Shown here one piece after another: positions 40,201-52,200 of a DNA stretch of 64,000 nt (the first letter of the stretch is position 1; each line of letters begins with the position of its first letter). Made by a program: the position numbers and the translations under genes. Source of the DNA: Squalus acanthias (taxonomy: Eukaryota); the NCBI GenBank assembly GCA_030390025.1, contig JASTWF010001532.1, positions 1 through 64,000 on the forward strand. Reading direction: 5' to 3'. The notes below the pieces were generated by a model. That model searched no databases and was not told the origin of the DNA. It saw nothing but the letters and a program-made list of their open reading frames with translations.

Positions 40201-43200
40201 TCACTCCCACTGTACACAATCCCAATGAACCCAAACCCCTTCCCATTCACTCCCACTGTACACAATCCCAATGGACCCAAACCCCTTCCCATTCACTCCC
40301 ATTGTACACAATCTCAATGGACCCAAACCCCTTCCCATTCACTCCCACTGCACACAATCCCAATGGACCCAAACCCCTTCCCATTCACTCCCACTGTACA
40401 CAATCCCAATGGACCCAAACCCCTTCCCATTCACTCCCACTGTACACAATCCTACATTGGGTGAAATCAGGCTAACTCAGCACAGGCCCGTAATGGAGCC
40501 TGGGCCTTTCCTGTTCTTTGCCTGGGGCTAAATCCCCCTCCTCGGAATACCGGAAATGCCGACGGTCCCGGCCGGGGTGAGCGCCACATTCAGCCTCTCG
40601 CTGAAGGCCCGCTCCGCCCTCTCCTCCTCAGCCAACGGGAGGCTCTTCATCACCATGGCGATGCCCAGGCCCCCTCCGGCAATGCGCAGGCTCGCAATGA
40701 AGTAGGCCCCGGGGTCCTCGGGCCCGTCCCCAGCCGGTCCCGGCGGTTCGAAGCTGCTAATCTCGCACGCCACCTCCTGCCCTTCGCAGTCCGCGTGTAA
40801 CAGCAGCTCACCGTCTGGGATCGAGACCTCCGAAACTGTGGGGGGAAGATGAGAATCAGAGAGTCAAAGCAGCTCAGAGGAAGGCCAATTGGCCCAGGGT
40901 CCCTGGGCTGGCTCTTCGAAAAAGCTGTCCAATTAATCCCTCTAGCCCATAGCCCTGTCGGAGGGGCAGCACTGAGGGACGCCGCACTGTCGGAGGAGCA
41001 GTACTGAGGGAGCGGTGCACTGTCGGAGGGGCAGTACTGAGGGAGCGCCGCACTGTCGGAGGAGCAGTACTGAGGGAGTGCTGCACTGTCGGAGGGGCAG
41101 TGCTGAGGGAGCGCCGCACTGTCGGAGGGGCAGTACTGAGGGAGCGCTGCACTGTCGGAGGGGCAGTACTGAGGGAGCGCCGCACTGTCGGAGTAGCAGT
41201 ACTGAGGGAGTGCTGCACTGTCGGAGGGGCAGTACTGAGGGAGTGCCGCACTGTCGGAGGGGCAGTACTGAGGGAGCGCCGCACGGTCGGAGGGGCAGTA
41301 CTGAGGGAGCGCCGCACTATCGGAGGGGCAGTACTGAGGGAGCGCTGCACTGTCAGAGGTGCAGTACTGAGGGAGTGCTGCACTGTCGGAGGGGCAGTAC
41401 TGAGGGAGCGCCGCACTGTCGGAGGGGCGGTACTGAGGGAGTGCTGCACTGCCGCACTGTCGGAGGGGCAGTGCTGAGGGAGTGCTGCACTGTCGGAGGG
41501 GCAGTACTGAGGGAGCGCCGCACTGTTGGAGGGGCAGTACAGAGGGAGCGCTGCACTGTCGGAGGGGCAGTACTGAGGGAGCGCTGCACTGTCGGAGGGG
41601 CAGTACTGAGGGAGTGCCGCACAGTCGGAGGGGCAGTACTGAGGGAGCGCCGCACTATCGGAGGGGCAGTACTGAGGGAGCGCCGCACTGTCGGAGGGGC
41701 GGTACTGAGGGAGTGCTGCACTGTCGGAGGGGTAGTACTGAGGGAGCGCCGCACTGTCGGAGGGGCAGTACTGAGGGAGCGCTGCACTGTTGGAGGGCAG
41801 TACTGAGGGTGTGCCGCACTGTCGGAGGGGCAGTACTGAGGGAGCGCCGCACTGTCGGAGGGGCAGTACTGAGGGAGCGCTGCACTGTTGGAGGGCAGTA
41901 CTGAGGGTGTGCCGCACTGTCGGAGGGGCAGTACTGAGGGAGTGCTGCACTGCCGCACTGTCGGAGGGGCAGTACTGAGGGAGTGCTGCGCTGTCGGAGG
42001 GGCAGTACTGAGGGAGCGCCGCACTGTCGGAGGGGCAGTACTGAGGGAGCGCTGCACTGTCGGAGGGGCAGTACTGAGGGAGCGCCGCACTGTCGGAGGG
42101 GCGCTACTGAGGGAGTGCTGCACTGCCGCACTGTCAGAGGGGCAGTACTGAGGGAGCGCTGCACTGTCAGAGGGGCAGTACTGAGGGAGCGCTGCACTGT
42201 CAGAGGGGCAGTACTGAGGGAGCGCTGCACTGTCAGAGGGGCAATACTGAGGGTGCTCCGCACTGTCGGAGGGGCAGTACTGAGGGAGTGCCGCACTGTC
42301 GGAAGGGCAATACTGAGGGAGCGCTGCACTGTCGGAGGGGCAGTACTGAGGGAGTGCTGCACTGTCGGAGGGGCAGTACTGAGGGAGCGCCGCACTGTCG
42401 GAGGGTCAGTACTGAGGGAGCGCTGCATTGTCGGAGGGGCAGTACTGAGCGAGCGCCGCACTGTCGGAGGGGCAGTACTGAGGGAAGGCTGCACTGTCGG
42501 AGGGGCAGTACTGAGGGAGCGCTGCACTGTCGGAGGGGCAGTACTGAGGGAGTGCCGCACTGTCGGAGGGGCAGTACTGAGGGAGTGCCGCACTGTCGGA
42601 GGGGCAGTACTGAGGGAGCGCCGCACTGTCGGAGGGTCAGTACTGAGGGAGCGCTGCATTGTCGGAGGGGCAGTACTGAGCGAGCGCCGCACTGTCGGAG
42701 GGGCAGTACTGAGGGAAGGCTGCACTGTCGGAGGGGCAGTACTGAGGGAGCGCCGCACTGTCTGCCCTCTCAGGTGGATGTAAAAGATCCCACAGACACG
42801 ATTTCGAAGAAGAGCAGGGGGGAGTTCTCCCTGGTGTCCTGGAGCCTGTATTTATCCCTCAACCAACCTCACTAAAAACAGATTATCTGGTCATTAATGT
42901 CACGTGTCATCACATGGTTTGTCACATGGTTTAGTGTGAGCATGCTCCGTTCACTCTGACCTCGTAAAGCAGGACCTTGACTCGCAACTCATCCTGTCTC
43001 TGTCCATCGTTTGTCCTGCCCACATAGATTACATTGTTGGCGACAACGACGGTATCCCAAAGCCATTTCGAGGGATCATGGAAGGACACACAGGGCCAAA
43101 AATTCGGCCCTTGCCGGGTGAGTACGCGCTGTGTACTCACCCGTACGGCCTCCTGAAGTGCCAGTTTCCTGCATGCACTGCGCATACGCACTGTGTACTC

Positions 43201-46200
43201 ACCCGTACGGCCTCCTGAAGTGCCGGTTTCCTGCATGCACTGCGCATACGCACTGTGTACTCACCCGTACGGCCTCCTGAAGTGCTGGTTTCCTGCATGC
43301 ACTGCGCATACGCACTGCGTACTCACCCGTACGGCCTCCTGAAGTGTCGGTTTCCTGCATGCACTGCGCATGCGCGGGAAACCAGAACTTCCGTTCCCCT
43401 GAAGGGAGGGGTTCAGAGGTGAACCGCGTGCGCGGGAGAGGCTGCACGCACGCAGCGAACTGTGGGTTTTTATTCAGGTTTCTCCGGGAAGGTAAGTATT
43501 GAAGAACTTGCGCTTTAAAAAAGGAGGCGCAGGATCCGTTTTTTACAAGGTAAGTGGTTAATTAATTACAATTTAAAACATTTTTCAACAGGTTTATCTT
43601 TTTTAGATACTTTAAAGAAAGGTAAGTTTATTTTTAGCGCCGTTAAAAAGTATTTTAATTTTTTCAAAAATTAAAATTTTGGTTTAAAGTAGTTAATTTA
43701 TTTAACTTATAGTTATTTTAAAAATGTGATGGTTTTTGTAAAAATTTATTTGAAGTTTAGCTGTTGTTTTGGGGCTGATTTCAATTCATCGACTCGACAA
43801 GTCTTCCTGTCAAATCTATGAATGAAAGATGGTCTGCTGCCATTGGCTCTCCATGGCCCACGTGATCCCAGGGGAGGCATCGCACTAACTGCGCCCCTGG
43901 GATACGCAAGCCCTGCGCGCCGGCAGCTGCAGGAGGCCCAGGAACTGAAGTCCCCGTGGGCCCAAAACACAACGGCAGGTGCGGTAGGTAGGTGCGCGCG
44001 ATCCTTGCACCCGCGGGAAGCCAGGGAGCCGTCTTTCGGGGCCACAGTGTTCAACCTTCGACTGCACAAGCTGAAGGTGAATTTGAGACGCCTCATCTGA
44101 ATTTTTGTCATGTTTTACCGTTAATGCTGGTGCAGAGTCGTCTGGGCTTGGCCTTCGCCTATATGCACAGCAACTAGGCAAATGCCGGTTGTTGCTGCTG
44201 CGCTGCCATTGGTTGAGCTTTGCCAGGCAGAATCAGCCAGGGACGATTTCTGTGCTGCACCACACGGTCGAAATGCTGGCTAGGGCTCCCAGCTCAGAAT
44301 TACCACTCGGCAAGGTACTGGTGGGCAAACAGTGACTGGGGCCGAACCCCACCATCACCAAAAACAGAAAGGCAGACTATTATCTGAATGGCAATAGATT
44401 GGGAGAAGGGGAAGTGCAACGAGACCTGGGTGTCCTTGTGCACCAGTCGCTGAAGGTAAGCATGCAGGTGCAGCAGGCGGTGAAGAAGGCAAATGGTATG
44501 TTGGCCTTCATAGCCAAAGGGTTTGAGTACAGGAACAAGGATGTCCTGCTGCAGTTGTACAGGGCCTTGGTGAGACCACACCTTGAGTACTGTGTGCAGT
44601 TTTGGTCGCCTTATCTGAGGAAGGATGTTCTTGCCATGGAGAGAGTTCAGCGAAGATTCACAAGGCTGATACCTGGGATGGCAGGAATGACATATGAGGA
44701 GAGATTGGGTCGATTGGGCTTATACTCGCTGGAGTATAGAAGTATGAGAGGGGATCTCATCGAAACATATAAAATTCTGACAGGTCTGGACAAACTAGAT
44801 GCAGGAAGAATGTTCCCGATGGTCGGAGAGTCCAGAACCAGGGGTCATAATCTAAGGATAAGGGGTAAGCCATTTAGGACAGAAATGAGGAAGAATTTCT
44901 TCACCCAGAGAGTGGTGAACCTGTGGAATTCTCTACCACAGAAGGCAGTTGAGGCCAAGTCATTAAATATATTCAAGAATAATTTAGATATATTTCTTAA
45001 AGCAAAAGGGATCAAGGGATATGGGGAGAAAGCAGGGACAGGGTACTGAATTTGGATGATCAGCCATGATCTCATCGAATGGCGGAGCAGGCTCGAGGGG
45101 CCGAATGGCCTACTCCTGCTCCTATCTTCTATGTTTCTATGTATCACACAGCACCTTCAGTATTGGCTCACAGCTCAGAATTACCACTCGGCAAGGTACT
45201 GGAGGGCAAACAGTGACTGGGGCTGAACCCCACCATCACCAAAAACAGAAAGGCAGACTATTATCTGAATGGCAATAGATTGGGAGAAGGGGAAGTGCAA
45301 CGAGACCTGGGTGTCCTTGTGCACCAGTCGCTGAAGGTAAGCATGCAGGTGCAGCAGGCGGTGAAGAAGGCAAATGGTATGTTGGCCTTCATAGCCAAAG
45401 GGTTTGAGTACAGGAGCAAGGATGTCTTGCTGCAGTTGTACAGGGCCTTGGTGAGACCACACCTTGAGTATTGTGTGCAGTTTTGGTCGCCTTATCTGAG
45501 GAAGGAGGTTCTTGCCATGGAGGGAGTGCAGCGAAGATTCACCAGGCTGATACCTGGGATGGCAGGAATGACGTATGAGGAGAGATTGGGTCGATTGGGC
45601 TTATACTCGCTGGAGTTTAGAAGAATGAGAGGGGATCTCATTGAAACTTATAAAATTCTGACAGGTCTGGACAAACTAGATGCAGGAAGAATGTTCCTGA
45701 TGGTCGGGGAGTCCAGAACCAGGGGTCACAGTCTAAGGATAAGGGGTAAGCCATTTAGGACTGAGATGAGGAGGAATTTCTTCACCCAGAGAGTGGTGAA
45801 CCTGTGGAATTCTCTACCACAGAAGGCAGTTGAGGCCAATTCATTAAATAGATTCAAGAGGAGTTAGATATATTTCTTAAGGCTAAAGGGATCAAGGGAT
45901 ATGGGGAGAAAGCAGGGACAGGGTTCTGAATTTGGATGATCAGCCATGATTGCATTGAATGGCGGAGCAGGCTCGAGGGGCTGAATGGCCTACTCCTGCT
46001 CCTATCTTCTATGATTCTATGAACCCCACCATCACACAGCACCTTCAGTATAGGCTCACAGCTCAGAATTACCACTCGGCAAGGTACTGGAGAGCAAACA
46101 GTGACTGGGGCCAAACTCCCACCATCGCGCTGTTTGGGGAGTCTAGATCCAGGGGTCACAGTCTCAGAATAAGGAGTCGGCCATTTAGGACCGAGATGAG

Positions 46201-49200
46201 GAGAAATTTCTTCACTCAGAGGGTGGTGAACCTGTGGAATTCTCTACCCCAGAGGGCTGTGGAGGCTCAGTCGTTGAGTATATTCAAGACAGAGATTGAT
46301 AGATTTTTGAATATTAAGGGAAGCAAGGGATATGGGGATAGTGCAGGAAAGTGGAGATGAGGTAGAAGATCGGCCATGATCTCATTGAATGGCGGAGCAG
46401 GCTCGAGGGGCCGAATGGCCGACTCCTGCTCCTATTTCTTATGGTCTTATGTAACAGTAGCGTTGATTCTCACAGGTACACAGGTTGCGTGTTCGACGGG
46501 ATTGGGATTCATCGGAAGCCTCGGCATAAATGACCGAGCTCGCGAACCATAAATGTTTACAAAATGCTACAGTTCAGAGGGACCTGGGGGTCCTTGTGCA
46601 TGAAACACAAAAAGTTGGCATGCAGGTACAGCAAGTAATCAAAAAGGCAAATGGAATGTTGGCCTTTATTGCAAGGGGGTTGGAGTATAAAAGCAGGGAA
46701 GTCCTGCTACAACTGTACAGGGTGTTGGTGAGACCACACCTTGAGTACTGCGTACAGTTTTGGTCTCCTTATTTAAGGAAGGATATACTTGCATTGGAGG
46801 CAGTTCAGAGATGGTTCACGAGGTTGATTCCTGAGATGAAGGGGTTGTCTTATGAAGAAAGGTTGAGCAGGTTGGGCCTATACTCATTGGCGTTTAGAAG
46901 AATGAGAGGAGATCTTATTGACACATATAAGATTCTGAAGGGGATTGGACAGGGTGGATGCAGAGAGGATGTTTCCCCTCGTGGGGCAATCTAGAACTCG
47001 GGGGCACAGTTTCAGAATAAAGGGTCGCCCTTTTAGAACTGAGATGAGGAGGAATTTCTTCTCTCGGAGGGTCGTAAATCTGTGGAATTCTCTTCCCCAG
47101 AGAGCTGTGGAGGCTGGGTCATTAAATACATTTAAGGTGGAGCTAGACAGATTTTTTGCAAGATAAGGGAGTGAAGGGTTATGGGGAGCGGGCAGGGAAG
47201 TGGCTTTGAGCCCAAGATCAGCCATGATCTTATTGAATGGCGGAGCAGGCTCGAGGGGCCAAGTGGCCGATTCCTGCTCCTATCTTCTTATTCGGTCCTT
47301 ACGTCGAGCGGACGGAGATGTTTTTTGAAGGCCAGCAATATTATTGAGAGCGGGAGGTACAGATTGAGAATGTTCAAGCTGAAAATAAAGTCAGTTGCGG
47401 ACAGGAAAAAAAGCAACTTTTCTAACGGGGATCGGGCCAGGTGTCGACCGCACGTTGGCAAATCTGCTGGCGCCAGGGAGAGCGAAGGACGCGTCTTTGG
47501 AAGACAATATTAACGGGCCAGAAATTCGGGTCTCCACGGGTGAGGACGCGCCGGGTACTCCCCCGTAGACCCAACGAAAGTGCCGGTTTCGCGGCATGCA
47601 CTGCGCAGGCCCGGGAAACCGGAACTCCCGTTCCCCTGAAGGAAGGGGTTCAGAGGTCGAACGCGTGCGCGGGAGAGGCTGCGCAAACGCAGCGAACTTC
47701 GTTTTTTTTTCAGGTTTCTCCGTGAGGTTAAGTATGGAGAAGCTGCACTTTTAAAACGGAGGCGCAAGGCCTGTTTTTAAACAAGGTAAGAACATAAGAA
47801 ATAGGAGCAGGAGTAGGCCAATTGGCCCCTCGAGCCTGCTCCGCCATTCAATAAGATCATGGCTGATCTGATCCTAACCGCCAATCTACTATCACAGAAC
47901 CATCTCCTGAACCGAACAGAATTGGACACACGAAATAGGAGCAGGATCAGGCTACACGGCCCGTGGGCCCGCTCCGCTACCCACAGGGCCATGACCGATC
48001 CGAACCTAGACTCATGTCCAAATTCCTGCCCCCTCCCCGTAACCCTTAATTCCCTTTACTTCTAGGAAACTTGTCTATTTCTGTTTTAAATTTATGTAAT
48101 GATGTAGCTTCTACAGCTTTCTGGGGCAGCATATTCCATGGACCCACCACCCTCTGAGTGAAGTAGTTCCTTCTCATCTCAGTTTTGAAAGAGCAGCCCC
48201 TTATTCTAAGACTATGCCCCCTAGTTCTAGTTTCACCCATCATCGGGAACATCCTCCCCGCATCCACCCGATCAAGCCCCTTCACAATCTTATATGTTTC
48301 AATAAGATCGCCTCTCGTTCTTCTGAACTCCAATGAGTAGAGTCCCAATCTACCCAACCTCTCCTCGTATGTCCACCCCCTCATCCCCGGGATTAACCGA
48401 GTGAATCTTCTTTGTACTGACTCGAGAGCAAGTGTGTCTTTTCTTAAGTACGGACACCAAAACTGTACGCAGTATTCCAGGTGCGGTCTCACCAATACCT
48501 TGTACAACTGAAGCAATACCTCCCTATTTTTATATTCTATCCCCCTAGCAATGAAAGCCAACATTCCATTGGCCTTCTTAATCACTTGCTGCACCTGCAT
48601 ACTAACCTTTTGAGTTTCGTGCACCAGGACCCCCGGATCCCTTTGTACTTCAGTACTCTCCAGTTTCTCGCCATTAAGATAATAACTTGCTCTCTGATTT
48701 TAATTTTTTCAAAATTTTAAATTTTTGTTTAAAGTCGTTAATTTATGTAATTTATAGTTATTTTAAAAATGTTATTTTTTTATTTTTTATTTATTTGAAG
48801 TTTTAGTGTGGTTTTGGGGCCGATCTCGATTCATAGATTTGACAGGTCTTCCTCCTCCAGCTGCCGGCGCGCAGTGCTCGCGTATCCCAGGGGCGCAGTC
48901 AGTTCGAAGCGTCCCCTGGGCTCACGTGGGCCTGTGTAGCTTCTCCGTACTTACCCTCACGGAGAAACCTGACAAAAAACCCGATTGGCTCCCCATGGCC
49001 CACGTGATCCCAGGGGCCGCTTCGCACTGACTACGCCCCTGGGATACGCGAGCACTGCGCACCTGCGAGCTGCAGGAGGCCCACGACCCGAAGTTCTCGC
49101 GGGCCCGAATGCACAACGGCAGGTGCGGTAGGCAAGTCCGCGCGCGATTCTTGCACCCGCGGGACGCCGGAGAGCCGAATTTCTGGCCCATATATATATA

Positions 49201-52200
49201 TATTGTCGAGAAACTCGAGGACCGTTTCGACCCGAAGCCGTTAGAAATAGCAGAGAGTGATCAGTTTGGCGGCGGAAACCAAAAACAAAGTGAAACCCAT
49301 CAGCGAGTACGTTGTAGCTCTGAAGAACCGGTCTTTTTGCATTGTAACTTGGGCACATTTTTGGGAACGTGAGTTGCGAGATAAGGTTGTGTGTGGACTG
49401 GTGGGTGAGCGCGCACGGTCCAAGTTACTGAACACGCCGAACCTAACGTTTGACACAGCGTGCAAAATTGCCCTAACTCTGGAGATGGCGTCTACAAATG
49501 CTAGGGAGCTCCGACCAACTTTTTATTTTATTCGTTTATGGGATGTGGGTGTTGCTGGCAAGGCCAGCATTTATTGCCCATTCCTAATTGCCCCTTGAGA
49601 AGGTGGTGGTGAGCCACCTTCTTGAACCGCTGCAGTCCGTGTGGTGAAGGTACTCCCCACGGCGCTGTTAGGGAGAGAGTTCCAGGATTTTGACCCAGCG
49701 ACGATGAAGGAACGGCCGATATACTCACACAGGAAGCATAGAAGCATAGAAGATAGGAGCAGGAGTAGGCCATTCGGCCCCTCGAGCCTGCTCCGGCATT
49801 CAATGCGATCATGGCTGATCATCCAAATTCAGTACCCTGTCCCTGCTTTCTCCCCATATCCCTTGATCCCTTTAGCCTTAAGAAATATATCCAACTCCTT
49901 CTTGAATCTATTTAATGAATTGGCCTCTACCGCCTTCTGTGGTAGAGAATTCCACAGGTTCACCACTCTCTGGGTGAAGAAATTCCTCCTCATCTCAGTC
50001 CTAAATGGCTTACCCCTTATCCTTAGACTGTGACCCCCTGGTTTTGGACACAGACACACAGAATCTCAAACAGAAACACACACAGACAAACACTGAAACA
50101 AACACACACAGGAACACACAGCGACACACACACATATCAACACACAGTCACAGACAGACACAGACACTCTCCACCCTCGGTCTACCCTCGATTGAACTTC
50201 CTGCCCACACCATCTCCGCCGATCTCACTGTGACTCCGTACATCTCCTCCCCATTACAGGGAGGGTATTGGAGAAGTTGGGGGTTGTTTTCACTGGATGG
50301 AGACGGTTAAGTGACAGAGACTGACAGAGGGCATCACGATTTTAAAAATTCATTCACGGGATGTGGGCGTTGCTGGGCAAGGCCAGCATTTATTGCCCAT
50401 CCCTAATTGCCCCTTGAGAAGGTGGTGGTGAGCCGCCTTCTTGAACCGCTGCAGTCCGTGTGGTGAAGGTGCTCCCACAGTGCTGTTAGGGAGGGAGTTC
50501 CAGGATTTTGACCCAGCGACAATGAAGGAACGGCCCGATATATTTCCAAATCAGGATGGTGTGTGACTGGGAGAGGGAACTTGGAGGTGGTGGTGTTCCC
50601 ATGCGCCTGCTGCCCTTGTCCTTCTAGGTTGTCAGGTTTCCAAATAATGCAGATCCCCAAAACCTAAGGAAAAAGGACTTTGGAACTACCTCAGAGTGAT
50701 AAAAATGCATTTGGACCTAACCTAAGGAATTTAAGACCAAAAACCAATATTGGCATTTTAAAAGACATGTCTGGACCTGTAAGGGAGAAAAGGCTGCACA
50801 GGAGGTGGGCGCGACCTCTGTAATAGCAGTTTTGGGTATTGCAGTTAAATTGCATTGTCTGGGGAATCGGGATGACCTCATTCAAGCCCCAGCAAGCATT
50901 AACATTTTGACAATAGACCCTAGGAGAAGACAGTCTCATCCCATCAAAAACCAATCAGCCAAGAAGATCGACAGGATGCAAACCATCCCAAAAAAAAACC
51001 ATTTGACACTTACAGAACCCATTAAAGACATGCATAAAGATAGGAGTCCTAGGCCCAGTCAAGAAACCCAAAACATGAGGACAATGCAAACTCCGATTAA
51101 ACAACAGATCGACAGGACGCAAACCATTTGACACTTGAGTAAAGTCGTTACTGTTAACGAGGTCTTAACGAGGATTTGATTTGGTTTTGATAAGGCCACT
51201 TCAATTTAGTATAATTGAAGGCCCATCAAGCAGTGACAACAGTTTTCAGTAAGAAGGGAGTTGGAGTTCTCCAGTTACAGTTCAAGTTCAACAGAAGGCA
51301 GTTCTGCAGTTCAATCGAAAAGCCTGTGTTGAACAGAGTTCAGGACAAGCAGGCAGAAGGCAGTTTCCACAGTTCTGCAAGAAGGCAGTTCCACAGCTCG
51401 GAAGAAGACAGTTTAAACAGAGGCAGAGTTACAGCAAGAAGTTCAACAAAGAAGGCCAACAGCTCCAGAAGCAGGCCGACACGCAAGAAGAGACCAGAGC
51501 GACCGCCTCAGTGACCATCGGACATCTCGCGGCAACGAGGGCCTTACGAAACCTCTTACTCAAAAGACTCTAAACCCTAACTCTCAACTGTCAAGGATTT
51601 GTTTGGTGAGCATTATCCCTGGTTCTCCGGAGTCCAACCGAGCTAGTGAAGTGGGATTGGGAGAATCATAGAAACATAGAAGATAGGAGCAGGAGTAGGC
51701 CATTCGGCCCCTCGAGCCTGCTCCGCCATTCAATGCGATCATGGCTGATCATCCAAACTCAGAACCCTGTCCCTGCTTTCTCCCCATAACGATTGATCCC
51801 CTTAGCCTTAAGAAATATATTCAACTCCTTCTTGAATCTATTTCATGAATTGGCCTCCACTGCCTTCTGTGGTAAAGAATTCCACAGGTTCACCACTCTC
51901 TGGGTGAAGAAATTCCTCCTCATCTCAGTCCTAAATGGCTTACCCCTTATCCTTAGACTGTGACCCCTGGTTCTGGACTCCCCGACCATCGGGAACATCC
52001 TTGCTGCATCTAGTTTGTCCTGTCCTGTCAGAATTTTATAAGTTTAAATGAAATCCCCTCTCATTCTTCTAAACTCCAGCGAGTATAAGCCCAATCGACC
52101 CAATCTCTCTTCATATGTCATTCCTGCCATCCCAGGCATCAGCCTGGTGAATCTTCGCTGAACTCCTTCCATGGCAAGAACATCCTTCCTCAGATAAGGC

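Larger units (their letters stand above)
46490..49520 (+). mobile_element. Degenerate Gypsy-type gag split into three pieces (~46490-46550, 47290-47511, 49201-49520)
   Basis: Pieces read GFIGSLG...REP | FGPYVERTEMFF...KKATFLTGIGP...LANLLAP...KDASLED | IVEKLEDRFDPKPLEIAE...ISEYVVALK...LRDKVVCGL...LTFDTACKIALTLEMA; frameshifted. Confidence 0.72.

Noticed and set aside
39599-40531. PNPFPFTPTVHN repeat ORFs
   Set aside because: 46-bp intronic minisatellite, antisense to the gene.
40874-42875. Mucin-like STAPPTV and Cys-rich ORFs (also 4754-5627)
   Set aside because: Translations of the 33-bp SINE-derived repeat, open in several frames on both strands.
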